In this document: one piece after another, positions 8,619 through 19,113 of the stretch
Numbering within the stretch: the stretch's first letter is position 1
How the letters are laid out: each line of letters begins with the position of its first letter
From: Eubacteriales bacterium
GTDB lineage: Bacteria; Bacillota; Clostridia; Oscillospirales; QAKW01
DNA: 64,000 bases
Direction of reading: 5' to 3'
NCBI GenBank assembly: GCA_045539135.1
Contig: JAZQET010000092.1
Span: forward strand, 1,200 to 65,199
Notes under the pieces: generated by a model
What the model was told of the DNA's origin: nothing
The model's database searches: none
Seen by the model: the letters and a program-made list of their open reading frames with translations, nothing else
Program-made: the position numbers and the translations under genes

Positions 8619-9575
8619 ATGTTTTTCAGTATCGTTGTGCCAATCTATAATGCGGAGCAATATCTGCAAGAATGTGTCAACAGCGTTTTAAAACAGACCT
8701 TTCAAGATTTTGAATTGATCCTTGTGGATGACGGATCCACCGACAGCAGTTCCGCCCTTTGCGATGAATACGCCGCCAACGATCCTCGCGTGAAAGTGAT
8801 CCACAAAGCTAACGGCGGTCAATCTTCTGCCCGTAATGCAGGCATTGCGGCAGCCAACGGAATCTATGCAGTTTTTTTAGACAGCGATGACCTTTTGGCT
8901 TATAATACCTTTTTGGAAGATTTGAAAAACACCGTTGATACAGACACAGACATCGTCGTTTTTCGCTATCGAAAATACTACGGCACCCGAACCGAAGCTG
9001 TCGGTGTTGCTCTTGAGGATCTGAAAGGTGCCCCCGACGATATATTACTAACCGAATTAGTTAAGCGCGATACGTTTTTCTGTTCATGCTGGTCTAAAAC
9101 CGTTCGGATGGATCTCTTAAAAAAATATGGGATCCAGTTTGACGAAGCATTATGTTGCGAAGATATGGATTGGTATTATTCCGTTTTGGAATACGCAAAA
9201 CAGTTTAAGGTATTGGACAAGGAATGCATTCTTTACCGCCAACGGGAAAATTCAGTCACCTCCACCTTCAAAAAGAAAAGTATTACCGATTACATCTTCA
9301 CCATTGAAAAATGGTATCAAAAGATCTCTGCGATGAATTCTTCCCCCAAAAAGAACGCATTACTGTCTTCTTTGGCAAAGCTCTACTGCAATCTGCTGAT
9401 TTCCTATTCCAGACATGTCAAAGACCTGAAAGCTGAGAAAAAAGCCATCTTTGCTTTCAAGCCGCTTTTGCAATACCGTTTAAACCCTCGCACCGCAACG
9501 TTTTATAATATTTCAAAAATCGTAGGTCTAAACGGTTTATGTACAATGTTGAATTTGATCGATAAAGTCAGGTGA
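8619..9575 (+). CDS. Glycosyltransferase family 2
   Basis: FSIVVPIYNAEQYLQECVNSVLKQTFQDFELILVDDGSTDSS and FLDSDD (DxD). Confidence 0.9.
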   Translation: MFFSIVVPIYNAEQYLQECVNSVLKQTFQDFELILVDDGSTDSSSALCDEYAANDPRVKVIHKANGGQSSARNAGIAAANGIYAVFLDSDDLLAYNTFLEDLKNTVDTDTDIVVFRYRKYYGTRTEAVGVALEDLKGAPDDILLTELVKRDTFFCSCWSKTVRMDLLKKYGIQFDEALCCEDMDWYYSVLEYAKQFKVLDKECILYRQRENSVTSTFKKKSITDYIFTIEKWYQKISAMNSSPKKNALLSSLAKLYCNLLISYSRHVKDLKAEKKAIFAFKPLLQYRLNPRTATFYNISKIVGLNGLCTMLNLIDKVR

Positions 9576-9579
9576 AAAA

Positions 9580-10860
9580 ATGAAACAACCCAAAGTCCTT
9601 GTTGTTGGAATCAATCCGTGGATCGATAATACCGGCATCAACACACTTATCAATTTTTTCAGCCATTGGGGCACCGATAACTTGGCACATCTTTATACCC
9701 GCCAACAGCTCCCCAACACCGCAATTTGCGAGCGGTTCTTTCGCATTTCCGAAACTGCAGTGATGCAAAGCGTTTACAAACGCTCTGTTATAACCGGACA
9801 GCAGGTCTGCAATAACCCCGCAGGAACGGACACCAAAGAAGAGCAAAAACACTATCAAAAAAAGCACACCCCTTTAATGTCTCTTATGCGGGAGTTGGTA
9901 TGGCTTTTAGGAAAATGGAAAACACCTGCCTTGAAACAATTCTTGGACGAGTTTGATGCAGATGTTCTGTTTTTCCCTGTTTATTCCGGCATTTATATGT
10001 GTCGGTTGCAAAACTTCATCCGCAAATACACTAAAAAGCCGGTCATTCTTTACAGCTCTGATGACAACTATTCTTATCAATCGGTTGCAAAAGATCCTCT
10101 TTCTTTGTTTTTGCGTTTTTGGCTTCGCAAGCAAGAAAAAAAACTCTTTGACCACGCCGCAAAAGTACTGGTGATCGCGCCGAAACAAAAAGAGGAATAT
10201 GACCGCTTATTCAAAACCGACTGTGGCATCCTGACCAAAGGAATTGATTTTTCCGTGATCCCCTATGAAGAAAAAAACATCAACAGCCCCATCAAATTGG
10301 TTTATACCGGAAAATTGATCATCGGCAGATGGAAATCTCTTGCCGCCATTGCAGAGGCTTTGGGTACCATCAACCGCAATGAAACGCGGGCGGAATTGGA
10401 TATTTATACCACCGACACACTGACCGAAGAGCAAAAAGCAGCGCTCAACCGCAACGGATGCTCGGTCAAAGGGGCATTGGCCCTCAATGAAGTGCAAAAA
10501 GTACAGAGGGAAGCCGATGTACTGATCTTTGTGGAAAGTCTGGAGCCTCAATTCAAAAACGCCGCCCGCCTTTCCTTCTCCACCAAAATCACCGATTATC
10601 TGAAAAACGGCAAATGCATCTTTGCCATCGGCGACCGTGGCATTGCGCCCATTGACTATTTCAACCGTTATGATGCGGCAATCACTGCCTCTACTTATGA
10701 AGAAATCGGGCAACAACTCACCCGGCTGATCGATCATCCCGCGCAAATCACGAAATATTCCAAAAAAGCTTACGAATGCGGAAAGGAGCATCACAGCATT
10801 GAAAAGATGGACGAGGTTCTTCGGAATGCCATCTGTAACTGTGTAAAAGAAAGGATATGA
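9580..10860 (+). CDS. Uncharacterised capsule-locus protein, possibly a divergent GT-B-like transferase
   Basis: 426 aa, no TM segments. The C-terminal half (ADVLIFVESLE..SFSTKITDYLKNGKCIFAIG) loosely resembles a GT-B C-domain. I recognise no confident family. Confidence 0.45.
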   Translation: MKQPKVLVVGINPWIDNTGINTLINFFSHWGTDNLAHLYTRQQLPNTAICERFFRISETAVMQSVYKRSVITGQQVCNNPAGTDTKEEQKHYQKKHTPLMSLMRELVWLLGKWKTPALKQFLDEFDADVLFFPVYSGIYMCRLQNFIRKYTKKPVILYSSDDNYSYQSVAKDPLSLFLRFWLRKQEKKLFDHAAKVLVIAPKQKEEYDRLFKTDCGILTKGIDFSVIPYEEKNINSPIKLVYTGKLIIGRWKSLAAIAEALGTINRNETRAELDIYTTDTLTEEQKAALNRNGCSVKGALALNEVQKVQREADVLIFVESLEPQFKNAARLSFSTKITDYLKNGKCIFAIGDRGIAPIDYFNRYDAAITASTYEEIGQQLTRLIDHPAQITKYSKKAYECGKEHHSIEKMDEVLRNAICNCVKERI

Positions 10861-11897
10861 CCAAACAAACCTATACCGGTTTGGATATCGGAAAATTCCT
10901 CTGTGCGTTGTTGATTTTGTTTTACCATTTTTTCAGCGAACACGGTCCGGTTCCCGGTTTGATCGAAGAGATACTCTCCCTCTATGCGGTAGCCGTGGCA
11001 CTCTTTATGATTATCAGCGGATTTCTCACGTTCGATAAACTCCAAGGAATTGAACATCGGCAAGAGCGATGGCACTATGTTTTAAAACAGGTCAAACGGA
11101 TCTTTACCATTTATCTGCTTTGGAGCGTAGTTTATCTCCTATATACTGTTTTAACTTGGGATTTTGCCGCACTGACCCTTTCGGATGTTCTTTGGTCCAT
11201 ACAAAGTTGGATCTTTAACTCCACTTTTTATACCATTTGGTTTATGCCCGCTCTTGCCATCGGCTTGATCGTGGCTTTCTGGATGACAGAAAAACTGCCG
11301 AAAACCGCCTGCTGGCTCTTAGGAATTCTGCTATTTACCATTGGATCTTTAACGATGACCTACTCCTTTGTTGGCAAACAGTTAAACGGCTATGACCGTT
11401 TTTTCGCATTTTCCATCAATTGGTTAGGCGGTCCGCGCGGGTGGCTCTTTTACGCAACACCGCTTTTAATGCTGGGCAAATTTGCCGCCGGCATTAAACA
11501 TAGATTCAAATGGCTTCCCATGATGCTCCTCTCAATCTTATCAATGGGAGCTTTGCTTGCGGAAGCATTGATCTTAAGGCACTTTGTCGGGCACACCGGG
11601 ATCGATCTCACCATTATGATGGCGCCCGCAGTCTTATGCATTTTAGGCTTTCTTGTCAGTATTAAGATCCCCGGCGGGACCTATTCCGTTTGGATGCGCA
11701 AAATGAGTGTGCTGATCTTTATGGCGCAACGAATCTTTTTGACCGTCCTTCCGGATCTGTTACCGCAATCGGTCAATAACATTATTTTTGCAAACAACTA
11801 TGTGGGCGCCGTTATCATTTGCGGCGGCACATTCCTGTTTGCCGAGTTCATACTTTTGCTTTCCAAAAAAATTCAGTGGATGAAAAAGCTATATTGA
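10857..11897 (+). CDS. Acyltransferase-3 family membrane O-acyltransferase
   Basis: 346 aa, about 10 TM segments. N-terminal DIGKFLCALLILFYHF is typical of acyltransferase family 3. Confidence 0.75.
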   Translation: MTKQTYTGLDIGKFLCALLILFYHFFSEHGPVPGLIEEILSLYAVAVALFMIISGFLTFDKLQGIEHRQERWHYVLKQVKRIFTIYLLWSVVYLLYTVLTWDFAALTLSDVLWSIQSWIFNSTFYTIWFMPALAIGLIVAFWMTEKLPKTACWLLGILLFTIGSLTMTYSFVGKQLNGYDRFFAFSINWLGGPRGWLFYATPLLMLGKFAAGIKHRFKWLPMMLLSILSMGALLAEALILRHFVGHTGIDLTIMMAPAVLCILGFLVSIKIPGGTYSVWMRKMSVLIFMAQRIFLTVLPDLLPQSVNNIIFANNYVGAVIICGGTFLFAEFILLLSKKIQWMKKLY

Positions 11898-11910
11898 TAG
11901 GTGATATTTT

Positions 11911-13158
11911 ATGAAGATATTGTGGATCGTAAATATTGTGATGCCCGAATTAGCGGAGCATCTTGAGATTTCTGCAGCCTCCAGCGGAAGCTGGTTGATA
12001 GACATTTCTAACGGCCTATCCCAAAATGATCAAACGAGAATTGCTGTTGCTTGTGTTTATGGAGACTCATTTCAAAAAATTTCGTTAAACAACAAAATAT
12101 ACTATCTTTTGCCAGGCAACGGCAAAAATATGCTCTTTTATACAAAAAAATATGAAAAGTTATGGAAAAGAATTTATGAGGATTTCAAGCCGGATCTGGT
12201 ACATATTCATGGCACAGAGTACACACATGGCCTCGCTTTTATGCGCACGCATCCCACGGTGCCTTCTGTCATTTCCATTCAAGGCATTCTAAATCGAATT
12301 AAAAATGTCGATTTTGCCGAAATCCCACTTAAACACTTTATTTTGGGCCGCACTCTTAAGCAATGGCTAAAAATGAACGGAGAAATCGAGAATCATTTTA
12401 TTCACATCAAAAATGCGAAACATGAAAAAGAAATGTTTTCCCGCGCCGTTGCTGTCAACGGTGTCAACACATGGGATACCTCTATTGCAAAAAGCATCAA
12501 CCCCCAATTAAAGGTTTTCAAGATTGAGTATAATCTGCGCGACGAGTTTTATTCTTCTCCAAAGTGGGAGATTCATAATGTAAAACGCCACACAATCTTT
12601 ACCAATCCGGGCGGCACTCCATTAAAGGGATTACATATATTGATTCGTGCTGCGGCACTGCTGAGAAATAAATATCCCGACATTAAGATAAAAGTTCCGG
12701 GTATGTCCGGCAAAAATGGAAATGTCAAAATCACTTCCGCATATTCACGATATCTCAATAAATTGATCCATTCTTTGAATATGGAATCTCACATTGAGTT
12801 TTTAGGCAAGCAGACAGGGCAACAAATGATTGATAATGCATTGAATGCTCATATAACAGTAATTCCCTCCGCTATTGAAGGAACCTCATTAGTATTGAGA
12901 GAATCCATGTTCTTAGGTGCCCCCTGCATCGCCTCTTTCCGCGGTGGGATGGCAGATTTCATTTCGGACAAGCAAGATGGATTCTTATATGACTATCCGG
13001 AATACACCTATTTAGCCGCTCGTATTGATGCTCTTTTTGAAAGCGACTCCCTTTGCAATGCGATTTCCGAAAAAGCTATCGCCAAAGCGGAAAAAGCGCA
13101 TCAAAGAAAAGAAAATGTCGACGCGTATATAAAAATGTATTCTGCAGTATTAAAGTAA
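11911..13158 (+). CDS. Glycosyltransferase, GT4 family
   Basis: 415 aa. PSAIEGTSLVLRESMFLGAPCIAS (E-x7-E region). Confidence 0.8.
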   Translation: MKILWIVNIVMPELAEHLEISAASSGSWLIDISNGLSQNDQTRIAVACVYGDSFQKISLNNKIYYLLPGNGKNMLFYTKKYEKLWKRIYEDFKPDLVHIHGTEYTHGLAFMRTHPTVPSVISIQGILNRIKNVDFAEIPLKHFILGRTLKQWLKMNGEIENHFIHIKNAKHEKEMFSRAVAVNGVNTWDTSIAKSINPQLKVFKIEYNLRDEFYSSPKWEIHNVKRHTIFTNPGGTPLKGLHILIRAAALLRNKYPDIKIKVPGMSGKNGNVKITSAYSRYLNKLIHSLNMESHIEFLGKQTGQQMIDNALNAHITVIPSAIEGTSLVLRESMFLGAPCIASFRGGMADFISDKQDGFLYDYPEYTYLAARIDALFESDSLCNAISEKAIAKAEKAHQRKENVDAYIKMYSAVLK

Positions 13159-13181
13159 AATGAAATGGTGAAATATCAAAT

Positions 13182-14258
13182 ATGATTCCTTATATTATTT
13201 TAGCACTTTCTCCCATTGCGATTGCTTTTTTTGTGCGTTCTCGCAGCGGTCAACAACCTATTGATAAAAACAGAACTGCAAAAACCGCCTTTTTTGTACT
13301 GTTTGGCTTGGTTTTATTCGTTATGATTGCATTTCGAAGCCGTTACATCGGCAGTTCAGACTCTTCAAATTACTATAACAACTGGGCGCGGCTCTCTGCA
13401 ATGAATTTTGAAACATTCAAAGATTATTTGGAAATCACGGAAATGGAGAGTGGGTATCTCTTCACAGTGTGGACTCTTTCCAAAGTTTTTGTGAATCCAC
13501 AATGGATCTTTATATTTAGCGGCTTATTAACTGTATGCTCTGTTTGCAGTTTGATCCATAAAAACTCAGAAAACATAATGCTTAGTTCCATTATGTTTAT
13601 CACTTTAGGTTTATACTCTTTTATGGTACAAGGGTTGCGGCAAGCTATTGCTATGTGTATCTGTTTTTATGCTTACCAATATGCCAAAGAAAAGAAACCT
13701 TTTCCATTTATCCTTTTAGTTTTGATTGCAATGCTGTTTCATCGCACCGCGATCGTTTTCTTCATTGTTTATCTATTCAATTATTTTAAGTTAAATATAA
13801 AATCCATTCTTCTGTTTTCCGTATTTTCTGCTGCATTTTTCATCTTGTCCGATCGCATTGTCGCTCTTGCCAACCTCTTATTCAACGAAGATTATCAAGG
13901 TGCGGTTGACCACGGGGGGGTTATTGCGACAGCAATTTACATCATCATTGTATTCCTTGGTTTTATTGCCAACAGCAAAAAGCCATTCAATAACGCGGAG
14001 ACTTTGGACTTTTATATTCTTCTGTTGGGCATGCTTTGTTACATCTTGAGGTATGTTGGCGTTCTGTCCGCAGAAAGAATCAGTTTTTTCTTTATGTTTG
14101 CCCAAATGCTTGTATTACCCAAAGTGTTGTCCATCTTCAAAAAGAAAGATGCTGTATTGTTGAGTGGCATTGCTATTCTATTGTCTATTCTACTGTTTAT
14201 ATACAGATATAGTGGTAGTGATTTGGTTCCCTATATGTTCTGTTGGGAGCAGCCATAA
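13182..14258 (+). CDS. EpsG-family polysaccharide polymerase (Wzy-like)
   Basis: 358 aa, polytopic membrane protein with an EpsG-like pattern (SDSSNYYNNW, GLRQAIAMCICFYA). Confidence 0.7.
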   Translation: MIPYIILALSPIAIAFFVRSRSGQQPIDKNRTAKTAFFVLFGLVLFVMIAFRSRYIGSSDSSNYYNNWARLSAMNFETFKDYLEITEMESGYLFTVWTLSKVFVNPQWIFIFSGLLTVCSVCSLIHKNSENIMLSSIMFITLGLYSFMVQGLRQAIAMCICFYAYQYAKEKKPFPFILLVLIAMLFHRTAIVFFIVYLFNYFKLNIKSILLFSVFSAAFFILSDRIVALANLLFNEDYQGAVDHGGVIATAIYIIIVFLGFIANSKKPFNNAETLDFYILLLGMLCYILRYVGVLSAERISFFFMFAQMLVLPKVLSIFKKKDAVLLSGIAILLSILLFIYRYSGSDLVPYMFCWEQP

Positions 14259-14279
14259 CGCACAGAAAGGATTTGCAAA

Positions 14280-15329
14280 ATGAAAAAAGTTCTAATTATG
14301 CAAAATCGTATTGCAGAATACAGAGTTCCCATTTTCAATAAACTTTGTGACTATTACGATATCACGGTTGCCTACTCATCCGGTTCGGTACCGAAAAACA
14401 GTACATTCAAAACTTTTCAAGCAGTAAACCACCAAGGGAAACTCTTTTGGACTTATGATAAAACTACAAGAGCGGAATTCAAAAAATATGATGTTATCAT
14501 TGTTCCTATGGACAATAGACAGTTGGATATTCAAACTTTTATTTTTTTGAAAAAACACAAAATAATTGCATGGGGTATCGGGGTTCCCGCATCTTATAAA
14601 GTCCCTTATGATTCTTTGAAAAAGAACACTTTTGGTTTTGATAATTATATTAAAAATGCAACTGCTTGCCTATTCTATTGTGATTACCCGGTTGATAAGT
14701 ATCATAAAATGGGAGTTTGCAAAGATCGTCTCTTCGTGGCACCCAATACAGTAGAAGTGCTCCCCCTCCCTCGTGATCGTGAAAAAGATAAAATCATTTT
14801 CATTGGTAGCTTATATAAGCAGAAAAGGATTTTTGAATTACTGAATGCTTATTTAGCCGCTTATAAAGCAAGTCCTTTTATACCCACCTTGGAAATCATC
14901 GGCGATGGTTCTGAACGGGCAGAAGTTGAAAAATTCATTCAAACTAACGAACTGCAAAACCAAATCATATTAGCCGGAGAAATTTTTGACGAACAAATCA
15001 TCGCCGAAAAATTCCACCGTGCTATTGCTTGCTTTTCTCCCAATCAGGCAGGGCTCTCTGTTTTGAAATCCATGGGATACGGTGTTCCTTTTATCACTCA
15101 TAAGAATGCCATAACCGGCGGAGAACGGTTTAATATTACTCATAAAGAAACAGGCATCTTGTTTGATGATTTTTCCGAGTTGAAAGATATTATTTTAGAC
15201 ATTACTACCAATAAAGAAGCATACCTGCAATATGGCAAAAATGCCTATGATTATTACTGGACCGAACGAACACCTCAAAAAATGGTCGACGGATTTAGAG
15301 AAGCGATTGAATATGTGTTAGGTGAATGA
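14280..15329 (+). CDS. Glycosyltransferase, GT4 family
   Basis: 349 aa. FIGSLYKQKRIFELL and SPNQAGLSVLKSMGYGVPFIT. Confidence 0.75.
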   Translation: MKKVLIMQNRIAEYRVPIFNKLCDYYDITVAYSSGSVPKNSTFKTFQAVNHQGKLFWTYDKTTRAEFKKYDVIIVPMDNRQLDIQTFIFLKKHKIIAWGIGVPASYKVPYDSLKKNTFGFDNYIKNATACLFYCDYPVDKYHKMGVCKDRLFVAPNTVEVLPLPRDREKDKIIFIGSLYKQKRIFELLNAYLAAYKASPFIPTLEIIGDGSERAEVEKFIQTNELQNQIILAGEIFDEQIIAEKFHRAIACFSPNQAGLSVLKSMGYGVPFITHKNAITGGERFNITHKETGILFDDFSELKDIILDITTNKEAYLQYGKNAYDYYWTERTPQKMVDGFREAIEYVLGE

Positions 15330-16861
15330 CCGTGGCAAAAAACGAAGTTAAAAACGGAATTATTCTTTCATACGCCCTAATTGTGTTAAATGCTGTCTAC
15401 ACATTAATTGTGACCCCATTTATCATGGATGTCATTGGTGAAGCGGAGTTTGGCGTTTATAAGACAATTGCCTCGCTATCGTCTGCTCTTATGGTATTAG
15501 ACTTGGGTTTAGGCGGAACAACGATGCGCTACATTGCTAAATACCACACAGACGGTGATAACAACAAAATCAAAACTTTTGTTTCTATGGCATTAGGAGA
15601 AGCAATAGTTTTGATTTCGATTGTCGGAATTGCCAGCACAACACTATATTTTAATATCCACACCGTTTTTCAAGCAGGACTGAACTCTGTTGAAATCGAA
15701 TTGGCAAAAAAGCTATTCCTTCTGTTAGCATTTAATATCGGTCTTCACATCATTGAAAATGTTTTTAACGGTATCATCACCGGCTTTAATAAGTTTACCT
15801 TCGGCAATAGCTTAAAACTCTTTCGAATCATTGTTCGAATTGTCGCCACGCTGTTGTTTCTTAACCTTTTTAAAAGTGCCCTTGTATTAGCAATGATCGA
15901 TCTTGCTCTAACAATCGGTTTGATTTTGTTTGAAGGAGCCTATATAATATTAAAACTCAAGGTGAAACCGATTCTGACTCTTCGCAATTGGGATTTTACA
16001 GTCTTTAAAGAATCTATGATCTATACCATGTTTCTTTTCCTCACCTCGATTGCGGCACAGATTAACAATAATTTAGATAATGTTGTGATCGGTGCAATCA
16101 GCGGAGCATCCTTTGTGGCGGTTTATTCTTTCGGCTTGGTGATCTTCAGTATGTTTGAACAACTTTCAACTGCCGTTTCCGGTGTTATGCTTCCCACTGT
16201 AACACGGATCTTAAAAAAAGACGCAGATGGAAGCAAAATACAAAATGCCGTAATAAAAGCCGGTCGCCTCCAATTTGCCCTGCTTGGTGCTGCTGTAGTT
16301 GGTTTTAGTATCTTAGGGCAAGACTTTGTAGCCCTTTGGCTGGGTGATGGATTTGAAGATGTTTATATAATTGCTTTAACTTTGATGTTCCCCGCCCTAT
16401 TTGAACTGTGTGTAAATGTCTGCCTTTCAGTATTGCGTGCAAAAAACTTATTGGGATTTCGTACCCTTATTCTGACGGCTACCACAATTCTTAATTTCAT
16501 CATTACGGTTATCGGCGTTCGCCTTTTCGGCTATATTGCCGCCGCTGTTGGCACCGCAACCGGCTTTGTGATCGGCAGCTTGATCATTATGAACCTTTAT
16601 TATTATAAAAAATTAGGGTTTAATATGTTGCGTATCTATCAAAAGATTGTTGACAGAACTTGGATCTGTCTTCTTTTAGGTGGGTTGGCGATTTACATAA
16701 GTTCCCGCTATTTATATGGAACTTGGTTTGCCTTTATCATTAATGTTATTCTATTTGCTCTTGTTTACGGCATCTCAATGTTTTTATTTGGTTTTTCAAA
16801 GGAAGAGAAAAAACAAATCCCTATTCTAAATAAATTTTTAAAAGGAGAAAAAAATGGTTAA
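15326..16861 (+). CDS. wzx: Wzx-type flippase (MOP superfamily polysaccharide biosynthesis protein)
   Basis: 511 aa, about 12-14 TM segments, located in a cps locus next to the polymerase. Confidence 0.8.
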   Translation: MTVAKNEVKNGIILSYALIVLNAVYTLIVTPFIMDVIGEAEFGVYKTIASLSSALMVLDLGLGGTTMRYIAKYHTDGDNNKIKTFVSMALGEAIVLISIVGIASTTLYFNIHTVFQAGLNSVEIELAKKLFLLLAFNIGLHIIENVFNGIITGFNKFTFGNSLKLFRIIVRIVATLLFLNLFKSALVLAMIDLALTIGLILFEGAYIILKLKVKPILTLRNWDFTVFKESMIYTMFLFLTSIAAQINNNLDNVVIGAISGASFVAVYSFGLVIFSMFEQLSTAVSGVMLPTVTRILKKDADGSKIQNAVIKAGRLQFALLGAAVVGFSILGQDFVALWLGDGFEDVYIIALTLMFPALFELCVNVCLSVLRAKNLLGFRTLILTATTILNFIITVIGVRLFGYIAAAVGTATGFVIGSLIIMNLYYYKKLGFNMLRIYQKIVDRTWICLLLGGLAIYISSRYLYGTWFAFIINVILFALVYGISMFLFGFSKEEKKQIPILNKFLKGEKNG

Positions 16862-18074
16862 TGTAATTGGACTCGGCTATATCGGACTTCCCACTGCGCT
16901 TATGATGGCTTCTCATGGAATTGAAATCGTTGGAACAGATTACAATGCAGATCTTGTTGCAACATTAAATGCAGGAAAAACCACATTTAAGGAAGACGGT
17001 TTGGATGAATTGTTTGCCCGTGCAGTAGACGGCGGCGTCAAATTCACAACAAAGTATCAAGAAACCGACACTTATATTGTTTCGGTTCCCACCCCTTATG
17101 ATAAATTCAGCAAAAAAGTAGACGCCTGTTATGTTGTTTCTGCAATAAAAAGCGTTATGGAAGTTTGTCATAAAGGCGCAATCGTCGTTATTGAATCGAC
17201 AGTTTCTCCCGGTACAATTGATAAATTCGTACGTCCCGTTATTGAACAAAATGGATTTGAAATAGGCAAAGACATTCATCTTGTTCATGCTCCCGAACGC
17301 ATTATTCCCGGAAATATGGTTTACGAACTGCTCCATAACAACCGCACAATCGGCGCAGACAATAAACAGATTGGCGAAAAAGTAAAAGAATTGTATGCAT
17401 CTTTTTGCCAAGGAGAAATTGTTGTAACAGATATCCGTACTGCCGAAATGACCAAAGTCGTTGAAAACACATTCCGCGCTGTCAACATCGCTTTCTCAAA
17501 CGAATTGGCTAAAATCTGTCGGCATGACAATATGGATGTTTATGAAATTATCAAAATTTGTAATATGCATCCTCGTGTTAATATTTTACAACCGGGACCC
17601 GGTGTCGGTGGACATTGTATCAGTGTGGATCCTTGGTTTTTAGTTGGTGATTACCCAAGTCTTGCTAAAGTAATTGATGAATCTATGAAAACCAACGACA
17701 GTATGCCTGATTTCGTATTAAACCGCATCTATGAAATCATGAATGAAAATCAATTGACAGACATTTCCCGTGTGGGATTATACGGACTCACCTATAAAGA
17801 AAATGTAGATGATTGTCGTGAATCTCCGACCCTGCAATTGTTAGAAAGTCAGGAGCGGCATCTAGCTCCTATGCTCAAAGTCTACGATCCCTTTATTGAA
17901 AACGATATTTTGCCCAATCAATATCATGATCTGGATCAATTCTTGGCAGACATTGATTTGATCGTTATCATGGTGAGTCATAATGAAATCAAAGAAAACA
18001 TCCATAAACTGAACAAAAAAATTGTTTTTGATACAAAGAACATTTGTCATCTGCCCAATACATATAAGCTTTAA
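16854..18074 (+). CDS. UDP-N-acetyl-D-mannosamine dehydrogenase-type nucleotide-sugar dehydrogenase (WecC/Cap5O-like)
   Basis: VIGLGYIGLPTALMMASHG, catalytic-Cys region GPGVGGHCISVDPWF, about 400 aa. Confidence 0.85.
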   Translation: MVNVIGLGYIGLPTALMMASHGIEIVGTDYNADLVATLNAGKTTFKEDGLDELFARAVDGGVKFTTKYQETDTYIVSVPTPYDKFSKKVDACYVVSAIKSVMEVCHKGAIVVIESTVSPGTIDKFVRPVIEQNGFEIGKDIHLVHAPERIIPGNMVYELLHNNRTIGADNKQIGEKVKELYASFCQGEIVVTDIRTAEMTKVVENTFRAVNIAFSNELAKICRHDNMDVYEIIKICNMHPRVNILQPGPGVGGHCISVDPWFLVGDYPSLAKVIDESMKTNDSMPDFVLNRIYEIMNENQLTDISRVGLYGLTYKENVDDCRESPTLQLLESQERHLAPMLKVYDPFIENDILPNQYHDLDQFLADIDLIVIMVSHNEIKENIHKLNKKIVFDTKNICHLPNTYKL

Positions 18075-18117
18075 TCTCTATGAAAACTGATATGACCATA
18101 AAATGGAGCAAAACTAT

Positions 18118-19113
18118 ATGTCAAAATCAAACCAATCTCAACCAGAGAATTATCTCTCTAAAGAACAGACAAACGCCTTAAAAGGAATCGCTTCCTGTAT
18201 GGTTTTGATCTGCCATTTGCAAGCAAATGTGGATCTTTTTAAGAGTTCCATCATTGGCACTGTGTTTTCCTCTTTTGGCTATTTGGCAGTCTCTATTTTC
18301 TTTTTCATTTCCGGCTTCGGTTTATATGAACAACTCAAAAAAGCACCTGATAAGAAGGCATACATACAAAAATTCCCGCATCACAGAATTCTCCCCTTCT
18401 ATTTCCTGTACGGAGCTGTCGTTCTTATATATTTGGTTCGTGATATTTTGGTTAAACAAAGTGTCAACTTTGCTCTGGTTTTGAAATCATTCTTTTTTGG
18501 TGGAACGATTGTAGATTATGGTTGGTATTTTCAGGTTCAACTCCTCTTGTACATTGCTTTTTTCATTGTTTTTACCCTGATGAAAAAGCATCAAATTAAA
18601 GCCATTACTCTTTTGCTTCTTATTTACTGTGCAATCTGTGTTCTTCTGAAAATACCAACTACTTGGTATCAATCCGTTTTTTGTTTTTCACTGGGTTTAC
18701 TTTGCTCTTTCTGCAAAGATCGTTTATTCTCCATAAAGCTAAACATTCCATTATTAACGACCTTCTTTTTTATGCTTTTCATTATAACGCTGTTATTTGG
18801 CAATAAGCGGATCCTACCGGAATTTTTAAGAATGGTCATAAAAATCATTTCTTCGCTTTCTTTTGTGGCAACCATCACGCTTTTGATGAGATTTCTAAAT
18901 ATCGCGAATACATTCACAACAGTTCTTGGAAAATATTCCTTTGAGATTTATATATTGCAAGGCTTGTTTATAAACGGTTATCGAGATATAATCAACAACG
19001 ATATATTATATATAGCCGCGGTAACCGGTTCTTTAATAATTGCCTCGCTTTTATCGAATCCTGTTTTCAAACAAATCAATTTATTATTAAAGGGTGTAAA
19101 AAATGGAAAATAG
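18118..19113 (+). CDS. Acyltransferase-3 family membrane O-acyltransferase (second copy)
   Basis: Start moved to MSKSNQ (GGAG sits 9 nt upstream). ALKGIASCMVLICHL. Polytopic. Confidence 0.7.
   Translation: MSKSNQSQPENYLSKEQTNALKGIASCMVLICHLQANVDLFKSSIIGTVFSSFGYLAVSIFFFISGFGLYEQLKKAPDKKAYIQKFPHHRILPFYFLYGAVVLIYLVRDILVKQSVNFALVLKSFFFGGTIVDYGWYFQVQLLLYIAFFIVFTLMKKHQIKAITLLLLIYCAICVLLKIPTTWYQSVFCFSLGLLCSFCKDRLFSIKLNIPLLTTFFFMLFIITLLFGNKRILPEFLRMVIKIISSLSFVATITLLMRFLNIANTFTTVLGKYSFEIYILQGLFINGYRDIINNDILYIAAVTGSLIIASLLSNPVFKQINLLLKGVKNGK

Noticed and set aside
11911-19113. AT-rich block as a prophage or integrative element
   Set aside because: I see no integrase, transposase, tRNA attachment site or terminal repeats. 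The gene content is purely polysaccharide biosynthesis, so recombinational cassette exchange is more plausible.
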